Of a DNA stretch of 64,000 nt, positions 18,992-28,346 are shown in pieces. The DNA comes from Verrucomicrobiia bacterium. GTDB taxonomy: Bacteria; Verrucomicrobiota; Verrucomicrobiia; Limisphaerales; UBA1319. Made by a program: the position numbers and the translations under genes. The stretch covers positions 608,001 to 672,000 of the forward strand of contig OY760937.1 of the NCBI GenBank assembly GCA_963664225.1, given 5' to 3'. How positions within the stretch are numbered: position 1 is the first letter of the stretch; every line of letters begins with the position of its first letter. The notes under the pieces were generated by a model. It worked only from the letters and a program-made list of their open reading frames with translations, did no database searches and was not told the origin of the DNA.

Positions 18992-19567
18992 ATGAACACA
19001 ATGCAATTTACCGGTCGTTGTCGGTTGATTTTGTTCTCCATCTTTTTGGCTGCTTTGGCAGGTCAATATGATCGCCGAGCATTTGCTGGAACCGAAACTA
19101 ATCTGATGGGAACAAACTGCCTCCGCATCGAACTTCGAAGTTTGGAATCAACGAATAAGGCGTGGCTTAGATGGAACATTGTTTTGAGTAATTCTGAGCC
19201 ACAGGCGGTGCTCGTGAGCACTGCTGCGGTCAGGTCGATGTTGTGTGCAACCACATTGGAGGACGGGAATGGGAATATTTGGCGGGTAAAGGCATCCAAT
19301 GGGACAAATGTTCAGTCCACTATGGGAAAGGATAATTATATGCTGATTCGACAATACAAAACATTCGAAACCTCAATTGACACAGATGGAATCGATGTAA
19401 AACTTGCCGGGTCAGGCGGTGCCAACGTCACACAAAAGACCTTTGCCGTAAGATATAGCATTGATGCTTTCGTAAAAACCTTCGACTTCACTTCTCGCCA
19501 GCCCAGCAACCGACGGTGCATCGGTAAAGGCGCAGTCGATCTGCCTGCCGCCAGTCGAAACAGATAA
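18992..19567 (+). CDS. secreted hypothetical protein
   Basis: Signal-peptide-like N-terminus; AT-richer than the flanks. Confidence 0.6.
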   Translation: MNTMQFTGRCRLILFSIFLAALAGQYDRRAFAGTETNLMGTNCLRIELRSLESTNKAWLRWNIVLSNSEPQAVLVSTAAVRSMLCATTLEDGNGNIWRVKASNGTNVQSTMGKDNYMLIRQYKTFETSIDTDGIDVKLAGSGGANVTQKTFAVRYSIDAFVKTFDFTSRQPSNRRCIGKGAVDLPAASRNR

Positions 19568-19634
19568 GCCAAAACAATGCGAGCATGTCGTCTTTACGTT
19601 TCTGAATTCTAGTCCTGAACCCTTACGAAATTGC

Positions 19635-20048
19635 ATGATCGCCACGCTATCTTTGTTTGGAATCGAGAAGGCTCCGCTGAATAGCGATGTCGTGCTGGTG
19701 GGTTTGCATTCCCTGATGGGGATCGGCAAAGCATATCTTTCGTTGGTTTCGTTGGTGAACTTGTGCGTTTTGAGATTGCTTTGCGCAATAGTGGCGAAGG
19801 AGCAAACTGAATTCCGAGAAGTCTTTTGCGTGTTTATTATCGCAATGCCAAGTGAGATGCTGATCAGCGAATTGACTTCCCGATTCATGGGTGTGTTTTC
19901 CATCGTTCCGATCTTTTTTGTTACGATGCTTCTCCTGATGCGATTTTGCGGGATTGTTTTGACGAAGGCAGCAGCCATAAGCGGCCTGTATTACGTTTAC
20001 CAGGCGATTTCAATTATTCTTGTGAGAATGGTGTGGTTAAAAGTGTGA
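19635..20048 (+). CDS. hypothetical membrane protein
   Basis: Several hydrophobic segments; start uncertain. Confidence 0.5.
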   Translation: MIATLSLFGIEKAPLNSDVVLVGLHSLMGIGKAYLSLVSLVNLCVLRLLCAIVAKEQTEFREVFCVFIIAMPSEMLISELTSRFMGVFSIVPIFFVTMLLLMRFCGIVLTKAAAISGLYYVYQAISIILVRMVWLKV

Positions 20049-20074
20049 CAAACGTTCAGCGGGATTGCGGTTAA

Positions 20075-20323
20075 ATGGATGACGTTACCATCAAGAAGAC
20101 GATTGCGCTTCTCCGGCAGGCACAGGGTGACGAGCCAGCCATGCGGGATGTGCTTCTCAATTTTGTTCGAGAGAGCTTGAATGCCGGGATGACTCTGGAA
20201 CAAGCGATTTCGATGCTGGCACTGGGTCCAGACAGCGTCGCCTCACGCGCATTGTTCACCGAAGAAGAACACCAGCGAGTGATTCAAATCCTCCAGAACT
20301 GCAGTTTGGGCGAGTTGCTATAA
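20075..20323 (+). CDS. small hypothetical protein
   Basis: 82-aa helical ORF filling the gap before ruvB. Confidence 0.55.
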   Translation: MDDVTIKKTIALLRQAQGDEPAMRDVLLNFVRESLNAGMTLEQAISMLALGPDSVASRALFTEEEHQRVIQILQNCSLGELL

Positions 20324-20376
20324 GGGCGCGGTTTAGCCTTGAGGGGCGGGGGGTGTTTTCATAGGGTTTGGCTCTT

Positions 20377-21396
20377 ATGGCCGAACGCACCGTAACCGAT
20401 ATCCTGACCAAGCCCGACGCCGTGTTGGAGATGACACTGCGGCCCTCGCTGATGAGCGAATTTGTGGGGCAGGCAAAGGTCAAGGAGCGCCTTGGAATTG
20501 CGGTGGAGGCGGCCAAGCAACGCGGCGAGTCGTTGGACCACATCCTGTTAAGCGGGCCTCCGGGTCTGGGGAAGACGACTTTGGCCAGCATCATTGCCAA
20601 GGCGATGGGGGCGAATTTGAAGAGCACCAGCGGTCCCACGATCGAAAAGGCGGGCGACCTGGCCGGTTTGTTGACGAATCTGGAAGAGGGGGATGTGCTC
20701 TTTATCGATGAAATTCATCGCCTGCAAAAAACCATCGAGGAATATCTTTATCCGGCGATGGAGGACTTCAAGCTGGACATCATCATCGACCAGGGGCCCA
20801 ACGCCCGCAGCGTGCGGCTGAATCTGCCGCGGTTCACGCTCATCGGGGCCACCACGCGCAGCGGACTGTTGACCGCGCCGCTGCTGACGCGGTTTCCGAT
20901 GCGCGAGCGCGTGGATTATTACGAGGCCGGGCAATTGCAGCAGATTGTGGTGCGGTCCGCGCGGTTGTTGAATATCGATATGGACCCGGCCGGGGCCTAT
21001 GAAATTGCCCGACGCAGCCGGGGGACGCCGCGCATTGCGAATAATCTATTGCGCCGGGTGCGGGATTACGCGCAGGTGCGCGGGGATGGCCGGGTGACGG
21101 TGGAGATTGCGGACCAGGCGCTGGCCATGCTGGAGATCGACCAGAATGGACTCGACGAGATGGACAAGCGGATTCTGGAGACGGTGATCGTTAAATTTGG
21201 CGGCGGGCCGGTGGGGGTTTCCTCACTGGCGGTGGCCGTGGGCGAAGAACCCGACACGATCGAGGAGGTTTATGAACCCTACCTGATCATGGAAGGGTAT
21301 TTGAACCGGACGCCGCAAGGCCGCGTGGCCACGGAATTGAGCTATGTGAAACTGGGGCGCAAACCGCCGATGGGCGCGCAGGGCCGGTTGATTTAG
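20377..21396 (+). CDS. ruvB: Holliday junction branch migration helicase RuvB
   Basis: [50 protein letters not shown]. Confidence 0.98.
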   Translation: MAERTVTDILTKPDAVLEMTLRPSLMSEFVGQAKVKERLGIAVEAAKQRGESLDHILLSGPPGLGKTTLASIIAKAMGANLKSTSGPTIEKAGDLAGLLTNLEEGDVLFIDEIHRLQKTIEEYLYPAMEDFKLDIIIDQGPNARSVRLNLPRFTLIGATTRSGLLTAPLLTRFPMRERVDYYEAGQLQQIVVRSARLLNIDMDPAGAYEIARRSRGTPRIANNLLRRVRDYAQVRGDGRVTVEIADQALAMLEIDQNGLDEMDKRILETVIVKFGGGPVGVSSLAVAVGEEPDTIEEVYEPYLIMEGYLNRTPQGRVATELSYVKLGRKPPMGAQGRLI

Positions 21397-21408
21397 AACA
21401 TCTGATTC

Positions 21409-22740
21409 ATGAGCCTGAACCGCAGAAAATTCGTCGTGGGGATGGCGCTGCTGGGTGCAATGGGCGCCACTGGCGGGCGGGTGGCGCGCGCTTTGGCCGC
21501 GGATGCGCCGGAGATTGTTTCCACAGGGCCGGGGGCTTCCATTGGCGTGTTCGATCGCACAATGACCGACTACATGCGGGAACGCAAAACCCCGGGCGGG
21601 GCGTTGGCCGTGATCAAAGAAGGGCGTCTGGTGTATGCGCGGGGCTACGGTTGGGCGGATCGTGAAAAGGGCGAGGCCGCCACACCGGGAACGCTTTTTC
21701 GCCTGGCCAGTATTTCAAAACCGATCACGGCTCTGGGTATCTTCAAGCTGGTGGAGGAAGGGCGGTTGAGTTTGGACGATCTGGTTGTGGACCGGCTTTC
21801 GCTGGATCAGCGGCCCTTGAAGCACGGCACGAAGGACGCGCGATGGAAGAAGATCACCCTTCGGCATTTGCTGCAACATTCCGGGGGATGGAACCGGGAT
21901 CGATCGTTTGATCCGATGTTTCGGCCCGGGACCATTGCATCGGCGCAAGGCGTGAAAGCGCCCGCCGGGCCGTGGGCGATCATCGATTACATGCGCGGGG
22001 AGCCGTTGGATTTCGATCCGGGCCGCGAATATGTGTATTCCAATTTTGGCTACTGCCTGCTGGGGCGAGTGATTGAACGGGTCAGCGGGATGGAATATGG
22101 CGATTACATGCAGCGGCGCATTCTCGAGCCTTGCGGTGTGCATAACATGCGGCTGGGACGCACGCGATTTGCGGAACGCGCGCCCCATGAAACGCGGTAT
22201 TACACCGAGCCTGCGCGGTTGGTTTCCAGTGTGTTTGAAGGCGATGACCATAAAGAGCGGGAACGCGCGGCCGAACCTTACGGTGGGTTTTATCTGGAGG
22301 CGATGGACGCTCACGGGGGATGGCTGGCGTCGGCCGTGGACTTGGCGCGGTTATCGGTGAAGATCGAGGATGTGAGCCAATGCCCCATATTGAAGGCGGG
22401 GACGCTTTCCAAAATGTATGAGCGGCCCGCACCGCCCTTGGGAGTGAATGCGAAGGGAGAACCGGCGGATGCGTATTACTCCGGCGGTTGGATGGTCCGA
22501 CCCAACGGGACCGCCGGGAAACCCAACTACTGGCATTCGGGGAGCCTGCCGGGAACGTTTACTTTATGGGTCCGGCGCGGGGATGGGGTGAGCTGGGTGA
22601 CGCTGTTTAACCAGAGGTCGGAAGACGCGCATTTCCCGGACGGGACGATTGACGCGGCGATGCATCATGCGGCGGATGCCGTGCGCGAATGGCCTGACGT
22701 GGATTTTTTAGAGGAGGTGCATGACAAAATTCTTCGGTGA
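21409..22740 (+). CDS. Tat-exported serine hydrolase (beta-lactamase/AmpC-like family)
   Basis: NRRKF twin-arginine signal, SISK (SxxK), YSN and HSG motifs. Confidence 0.92.
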   Translation: MSLNRRKFVVGMALLGAMGATGGRVARALAADAPEIVSTGPGASIGVFDRTMTDYMRERKTPGGALAVIKEGRLVYARGYGWADREKGEAATPGTLFRLASISKPITALGIFKLVEEGRLSLDDLVVDRLSLDQRPLKHGTKDARWKKITLRHLLQHSGGWNRDRSFDPMFRPGTIASAQGVKAPAGPWAIIDYMRGEPLDFDPGREYVYSNFGYCLLGRVIERVSGMEYGDYMQRRILEPCGVHNMRLGRTRFAERAPHETRYYTEPARLVSSVFEGDDHKERERAAEPYGGFYLEAMDAHGGWLASAVDLARLSVKIEDVSQCPILKAGTLSKMYERPAPPLGVNAKGEPADAYYSGGWMVRPNGTAGKPNYWHSGSLPGTFTLWVRRGDGVSWVTLFNQRSEDAHFPDGTIDAAMHHAADAVREWPDVDFLEEVHDKILR

Positions 22741-22917
22741 AAAAGGAAGGACTCTTAATGAATCCCCTCTCTCCGGCTCTCTCCCCGCTCGTGCCTCGCA
22801 GGGCGAGAGAGGAGAATGGCGCGACCGGTGCATTCAGTTTAGCGAGGAAATTCTCCCTATATACTTTTATGGCGTTTTAGGGCCTTTGGATTTCCTGAAG
22901 AATTTTGTCCTGCGCCC
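22716..22917. mobile_element. ~200-bp MITE-like element with an internal REP-like hairpin
   Basis: GGTGCATGACAAAATTCTTC ... GAAGAATTTTGTCCTGCGCCC inverted ends; the left end overlaps the last codons of the hydrolase gene. Confidence 0.72.
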
Positions 22918-22981
22918 TGTGGATTTGTCTGGCAAAGAGTTATGATGCGGGGGAGAAGCGGCTTTAATTTAAGAATTTCAC

Positions 22982-23776
22982 ATGCGGCAATATCACGAAC
23001 TATTACGGCTGGTGCTTGAACAGGGGAAGTTCAAGCCAGACCGCACCGGCACGGGCACTTATTCGGTGTTCGGCGCACAGGCGCGATTTCCATTGGCGGA
23101 CGGATTTCCACTTCTCACGACCAAGAAACTGCATCTCAAGTCGATCATCCATGAGCTGCTGTGGTTCCTGTCCGGCAGCACCAACATCCAATACCTGCGC
23201 GATAATGGCGTGACGATCTGGGACGAATGGGCGGATGCCAATGGCGATCTGGGGCGGGTGTATGGGGCGCAGTGGCGGGATTGGCGCACGGCGGACGGGC
23301 GATCGATCGACCAGATCACGCAGGTCATCGGGCAGATCAAATCCAAGCCGGACAGCCGCAGACATATCGTGACGGCGTGGAATCCGGGCGAGGTGGAGGG
23401 GATGGCGCTGCCACCGTGCCACGCGCTGTTTCAGTTTTATGTGGCCGATGGCGAATTGAGCTGCCAGCTTTACCAGCGGAGCGCGGATTTGTTTTTGGGG
23501 GTGCCCTTTAACATAGCGTCCTACGCGCTGCTGACCCTGATGGTGGCGCAGGTGTGCGGATTGAAAGCGGGCACATTTGTTCACACCTTCGGCGATTTGC
23601 ATCTGTATAAAAACCACCTCGAACAGGCGCGGTTGCAATTAAGCCGGGACTTGCGTCCACTACCGACCATGACGATCAACCCGCTGGTGAAGGATATTTT
23701 TGGGTTTCAGTATTCGGATTTCACGTTGAGCGGTTACGATCCGCATCCATCGATCAAGGCGCCGATTGCGGTATGA
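22982..23776 (+). CDS. thyA: thymidylate synthase
   Basis: [43 protein letters not shown]. Confidence 0.98.
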   Translation: MRQYHELLRLVLEQGKFKPDRTGTGTYSVFGAQARFPLADGFPLLTTKKLHLKSIIHELLWFLSGSTNIQYLRDNGVTIWDEWADANGDLGRVYGAQWRDWRTADGRSIDQITQVIGQIKSKPDSRRHIVTAWNPGEVEGMALPPCHALFQFYVADGELSCQLYQRSADLFLGVPFNIASYALLTLMVAQVCGLKAGTFVHTFGDLHLYKNHLEQARLQLSRDLRPLPTMTINPLVKDIFGFQYSDFTLSGYDPHPSIKAPIAV

Positions 23777-24240
23777 AATATTTTCAGGCGATAGCGGCCA
23801 TGGCGGAGAACCGGGTGATCGGGTGCGGGAATAAAATACCGTGGCATTTGCCGGAGGACTTTAAGTGGTTCAAGAAAATGACCACCGGCCAGGTGATTGT
23901 GATGGGGCGCAAAACCTTCGAATCCATCGGCAAGCCACTGCCCAATCGGGAGACGATCGTGCTGAGCCGACACGGCGCCGAAATCCCGGGCGTGCGAGTG
24001 GTAAGGTCGCTTTCGGAAGTCGCCATTGAAAATGAGACGCGCAAGGTGTTCATTTGTGGCGGCGCGGAGGTGTATGAGCTGGCGCTGCCGTTGTGCTCGG
24101 ATCTGTATCTGACACGCGTTAAACGCACCGTTGCGGGCGATGTGTTTTTTCCTGCGTTTGAGGATCGATTCGTTGAGGAAAGCCAGGTCGTGGACACGCC
24201 GGATTTTGAGATTATTCATTACGTGAACGAGGCGCTGTGA
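23773..24240 (+). CDS. folA: dihydrofolate reductase
   Basis: [35 protein letters not shown]; overlaps the thyA stop. Confidence 0.97.
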   Translation: MKYFQAIAAMAENRVIGCGNKIPWHLPEDFKWFKKMTTGQVIVMGRKTFESIGKPLPNRETIVLSRHGAEIPGVRVVRSLSEVAIENETRKVFICGGAEVYELALPLCSDLYLTRVKRTVAGDVFFPAFEDRFVEESQVVDTPDFEIIHYVNEAL

Positions 24241-24244
24241 AATT

Positions 24245-24260
24245 GGGCATGCAGGTTGCT
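24245..24260 (+). promoter_or_regulatory. candidate sigma-54 (-24/-12) promoter
   Basis: GGGCATGCAGGTTGCT has GG-N10-GC spacing and matches TGGCAYG-N4-TTGCW at all but the first base; ~80 bp upstream of the MBL gene. Confidence 0.5.
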
Positions 24261-24342
24261 CTATGATGGGATCGCAAATCTGAGAAACAGAGCGAGAGTG
24301 CCTGGCAGGACGGTGGGGGTTGCGGCGGCGATTTGGATTTAA

Positions 24343-25146
24343 ATGGACAAGCTGGTTTTAAATTGTTTCGGGGTGGGGGATGGATGGCCGTGTGCGGATC
24401 GCGGGCATTCCTCGTATCTCTATAATCTGGCTGGGGCGTCCGTATTGATCGACTGTGGCGAACCCCTGAGCCACACTCTCAAGCTGACCGGTCTGAGCCC
24501 GGACACGATCGATCAGGTTTTTCTTTCGCATCTTCATTTTGACCACATTGGGGGCTTCTTCATGCTGCTGCAGGGACTGTGGCTGCAAAAGCGCCGCAAG
24601 GAACTTCTGGTTCACATGCCCAAGGATGGACTGCGACCCATACGGCAGTTGCTCGATGTCGCCTGCCTGTTCGATGCATTGCTTCCGTTTCCATTCTCCA
24701 TGAAGGGCCTGAAGCACGGCCAGACTGTGCCGGTTGGAAATCTAAGAGTGACCCCATTGGCCAACCGCCATCTGAATGGTTTGCGCAAATCGTATCAACA
24801 GGATCACCCGCAGCAATACGAGGCCTTCAGCTTCCTGCTCGAGGCCGGCGGCTGGCGGGTGGGGCATAGCGCCGATATTGGCGGGGTGGAAGACCTGGTC
24901 CCGCTGGTGGAGCGTCCGCTCGATCTGCTGGTGTGCGAACTGGCGCATGTGACTCCTGAGAATTTGTTCGGCTTCCTGAGCGACAAACCGATCAAACGCC
25001 TGATCTTAACGCATCTGAACGATCGTTTATGGAAGCAGCAGGGGAGGGTTGCGGAACTGGCGCGGCGGATGATGCCGGAGATCAATTTTTCCATCGCCCG
25101 TGACGGGGAGGAAATTGTGGTGGAGCACGCAATCCAGGGTGCATGA
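24343..25146 (+). CDS. metallo-beta-lactamase fold hydrolase (RNase Z-like)
   Basis: LIDCGE, SHLHFDHIGG (HxHxDH), SADIG, LTHL. Confidence 0.9.
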   Translation: MDKLVLNCFGVGDGWPCADRGHSSYLYNLAGASVLIDCGEPLSHTLKLTGLSPDTIDQVFLSHLHFDHIGGFFMLLQGLWLQKRRKELLVHMPKDGLRPIRQLLDVACLFDALLPFPFSMKGLKHGQTVPVGNLRVTPLANRHLNGLRKSYQQDHPQQYEAFSFLLEAGGWRVGHSADIGGVEDLVPLVERPLDLLVCELAHVTPENLFGFLSDKPIKRLILTHLNDRLWKQQGRVAELARRMMPEINFSIARDGEEIVVEHAIQGA

Positions 25147-25339
25147 CAAGAAAAAGTAATTAGCATGGATGGACAGGATGGACAGGATTGGAAATGGGAT
25201 GCGTGAGCGCGGGCGGGGAAGCCACAGATTGGCACAGATAAACACAGATTTGGGAGGGGCACGATTGGGGGAAGGGACTGTGCAAGGCCAATATTTCACA
25301 TTGTAAATTGGCGGCAAACGGTTATGACAACCCACCGGT

Positions 25340-25834
25340 TTGAATGCAGAGGCACAATTTGGATATGCGATCCGGCCGGCGACTGCGAAAGATGCGGCTG
25401 CGCTGGGATTGCTTTTTGCCGCACATCTTCAGGCGCTGGGAGCGACACCCGATGCTGAATTGGATGCGGATATGGCGAACTATATGGCCGTTTATCATGG
25501 AACGGCCAATGGATTTTTGGTGGCGGAAAGCGATGCGGAGGGCGTGGTGGGCATGGGTGGGGTGGCCGATGGAGTCATCCGCAGGTTGCATGTGTCAGAA
25601 AAGTGGCGTGGTCACGGAATCGCCCGCGCGCTCGTGATGCGATTGATCTCGCGGCATTGTTCGGTTTCCTCCCAACCTCTGACCGCCCTGGTGGGGGGGT
25701 GGAATGTCCCGGCCCGGCGGCTTTTCCTGTCATGCGGTTTTCAACCGACGGGTCCTTTTTCACAGCACCCGAAAATGTCCGGCTGCGAAATACTTTCCTT
25801 CGTGGGTTCCTGCCCACCGCTGCGGTGCGTTTGA
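25340..25834 (+). CDS. GNAT family N-acetyltransferase
   Basis: IRPAT, IRRLHVSEKWRGHGIARAL (acetyl-CoA motif A), NVPARRLFLSCGF; TTG start. Confidence 0.85.
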   Translation: MNAEAQFGYAIRPATAKDAAALGLLFAAHLQALGATPDAELDADMANYMAVYHGTANGFLVAESDAEGVVGMGGVADGVIRRLHVSEKWRGHGIARALVMRLISRHCSVSSQPLTALVGGWNVPARRLFLSCGFQPTGPFSQHPKMSGCEILSFVGSCPPLRCV

Positions 25835-25898
25835 GTCGGCGCGCCCGGTGTCTTTTCCCTAAAAATCATTTATTAAATCATTGTATAAATATTAATGT

Positions 25899-26291
25899 AT
25901 GTTAGTTATTCCTGCACATATTGGCAATAGTTCCCTGGAAGGTCTGGGGGTGTTCACGCGCGATGCCATTCGCGCCGGACAGGTGGTGTCCCAGTTCCGG
26001 CCGCCGTTGGATGTGATGGTGACGCGCGAATTTGTTGCGGCGCTGAGCGAGCCCGAGCGGGCTTATCTGCATCATTTCGCCTATTTGAGCATGTTCCTGC
26101 ATGTGTATATTCTGACGGGCGATCATGACCGGTATATGAACCACAGCGGAGAGCCCAATGTGGGCATCGCGGAGGATCGCACGACGGACAGTGTGGCGTT
26201 GCGGGACATCGCGGCGGGTGAGGAATTGACGTGCGATTATCGCACCTTCGACGCCGAGTGGCAGCGGAAGCTGCCTTTCCTATGCAGTTAA
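25899..26291 (+). CDS. SET domain protein (putative lysine methyltransferase)
   Basis: GLGVF, RYMNHSGEPN and ALRDIAAGEELTCDY SET signatures. Confidence 0.92.
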   Translation: MLVIPAHIGNSSLEGLGVFTRDAIRAGQVVSQFRPPLDVMVTREFVAALSEPERAYLHHFAYLSMFLHVYILTGDHDRYMNHSGEPNVGIAEDRTTDSVALRDIAAGEELTCDYRTFDAEWQRKLPFLCS

Positions 26292-26962
26292 ACACGGATC
26301 ACGAACAATTTTACGACGCGGTCTTCGACCGCCGCGGGCCGGTGTTTCATCGGATGGCGTACACGCGGGGCGGTCTGTCCAAGAAGGCGCAGTTCGCCTT
26401 GTTCGAATCCCTGCATCTGCCAACGCCGCCGCATGGAACGGTTTCCGAACTGGCGGCGCAGCTTCAGACGGGCATGGAAACGGGGGCGGTGTCCGCGGCA
26501 TTGCAGGCTCATTATCAATGCGTGGTGTATGGGGACGAGCTGGCGCATCGCGGTGAGGGGAAGGAATTGCTCACTTTGATCGAGGCATCGGGACGGGATC
26601 CGGGAGCTTTTGCCTCGATGTTCATCCCGCAGAACGGTCCGCCGGTGTCGTTCCGGCTGATACGGTTTGGGCGGTTGATTTTTTGGTTGCGGCAGCAGGG
26701 GGAGAAAGGCGGTTGGCGCTCAAACCAGCGGGATGAGGAGACGTTTTTGGGCCGGGAAATGGCGCAGGGGACCAATCCCATTCCGCGGGTTTTGTGGGCG
26801 ATTGATTTTATTCCGGGTCCGTCGGGACTGCTGGCGGTGGATTTCAACACCGCGCCTGAATTGGTCACATTGGGGGAGTGCGGGGCGCTGACAAGTGATG
26901 AGGCCCTGGCAGAACTGGTTTTCGCGGCGGAACAGGCGCCGGAGCAGATGAAGCAGTTTTGA
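26282..26962 (+). CDS. hypothetical protein, divergent RimK-like ATP-grasp fold (inferred)
   Basis: Overlaps the SET stop; WRSN and AIDFI...GLLAVDFNTAP resemble RimK FRSN and GVDIL...EVNASP. Confidence 0.6.
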   Translation: MQLNTDHEQFYDAVFDRRGPVFHRMAYTRGGLSKKAQFALFESLHLPTPPHGTVSELAAQLQTGMETGAVSAALQAHYQCVVYGDELAHRGEGKELLTLIEASGRDPGAFASMFIPQNGPPVSFRLIRFGRLIFWLRQQGEKGGWRSNQRDEETFLGREMAQGTNPIPRVLWAIDFIPGPSGLLAVDFNTAPELVTLGECGALTSDEALAELVFAAEQAPEQMKQF

Positions 26963-27035
26963 AACAGGGGGTTGCCGGGTTGCGCACAAAAACCCTTTCA
27001 GGAATGCGTCCTTTCTGTTTTATTCGTGCCCGCGA

Positions 27036-28337
27036 ATGAAAGTATTGGTCATAGGTTCAGGCGGGCGCGAGCATGCGCTGGTGTGGAAACTGGCGCAATC
27101 GCCGAGGGTGACCCAGATGTGGTGCGCCCCGGGGAATGCGGGCATCGGCCAGGAGAGGCTGGCGGCCAAGGCCGCCAATGGACGCATGGTGGAGTGTGTT
27201 CAGATCAGCGCCGAGGCGCTGCAGGAGTTGTTGCAGTTCGCGACCGACAACCGGGTCGATATGACCGTGGTGGGGCCGGATAATCCGCTGGGCCTTGGGA
27301 TTGTGGATTTGTTTCAAAAGCACGGGCTGAGGATTTGGGGGCCGAACCAGAAGGCGGCGCAATTCGAGGCGTCCAAGGTGTTTTCCCAGCAATTCATGCA
27401 GCGGCACGGGATTCCGACCGCGCGGGCGGGGATGTTCCGGGATGCGGCCGAGGCGTGGGCTTTTGTGGGCACACTGGGAGGCCGGTGCGCGGTCAAGGCC
27501 GACGGACTGGCGCTGGGCAAGGGGGTGCTGATGTGCACGAATCTGGCGGAGGCGCAGGCGGCTGTGGACGAGGTGCTGGTGAAGAAGACGTTTGGCGCCG
27601 CCGGGGATTCCGTGGTGATTCAGGAGTATCTGGAGGGGATGGAGGTTTCATTGCATGCGTTGTGCGATGGGAAGGTGGCGCGGCTTTTTCCCACATCCCA
27701 GGATCACAAAAGGGCGTTCGACGGCGATCTGGGTCCGAACACGGGCGGCATGGGGACTTATTCTCCGACGCCATTCGTCAGCGCGAAAGAGATGGCGCGG
27801 ATTGAGAAGGAGATCGTGGAGCGCTGGCTGGCGGGATGCCGGGCGGATGGGATCGATTATCGCGGGATTATTTATCCCGGAGTCATGCTGACGGCCGAAG
27901 GACCGAAGGTGCTGGAATTTAATGCGCGGTTTGGGGACCCGGAGACTCAGGTGTATCTTCCGCTGTTGAAGAACGATCTGGTGGACGTTTTTGAAGCCTG
28001 CATCGATGGGACGCTGGGTTCGATATCGCTCGAGTGGTCGAATCAGAGTTGCGTGTGCGTGGTGATGGCTTCGGGGGGGTATCCCGGGTCTTATTCCAAG
28101 GGCAAGGTTTTCGAGGGATTGGAGGCGGTGGCGCCCATGCCGGGCGTGAAAGTATTTCACGCGGGCACGGCTTGCAAGGATGGGCGCGTGGTGACCAGCG
28201 GGGGCCGGGTGCTCGGTGTGACGGCGTGGGGGCAAAGCCTTGAGGACGCGCGGGGTCTGGCATATCAGGCGGTCGAAAAAATACATTTTGAAGGCGCGCA
28301 GTACCGGCGCGATATTGGAGCGAAGGCACTTAAATAG
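27036..28337 (+). CDS. purD: phosphoribosylamine--glycine ligase
   Basis: GSGGREHAL, KADGLALGKGV, QDHKR, GPNTGGMG, EFNARFGDPETQ. Confidence 0.98.
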   Translation: MKVLVIGSGGREHALVWKLAQSPRVTQMWCAPGNAGIGQERLAAKAANGRMVECVQISAEALQELLQFATDNRVDMTVVGPDNPLGLGIVDLFQKHGLRIWGPNQKAAQFEASKVFSQQFMQRHGIPTARAGMFRDAAEAWAFVGTLGGRCAVKADGLALGKGVLMCTNLAEAQAAVDEVLVKKTFGAAGDSVVIQEYLEGMEVSLHALCDGKVARLFPTSQDHKRAFDGDLGPNTGGMGTYSPTPFVSAKEMARIEKEIVERWLAGCRADGIDYRGIIYPGVMLTAEGPKVLEFNARFGDPETQVYLPLLKNDLVDVFEACIDGTLGSISLEWSNQSCVCVVMASGGYPGSYSKGKVFEGLEAVAPMPGVKVFHAGTACKDGRVVTSGGRVLGVTAWGQSLEDARGLAYQAVEKIHFEGAQYRRDIGAKALK

Positions 28338-28346
28338 CGGATCACT

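Noticed and set aside
18886..20330. Integron cassette array
   Set aside because: No convincing attC (RYYYAAC...GTTRRRY) palindromes and no integrase.
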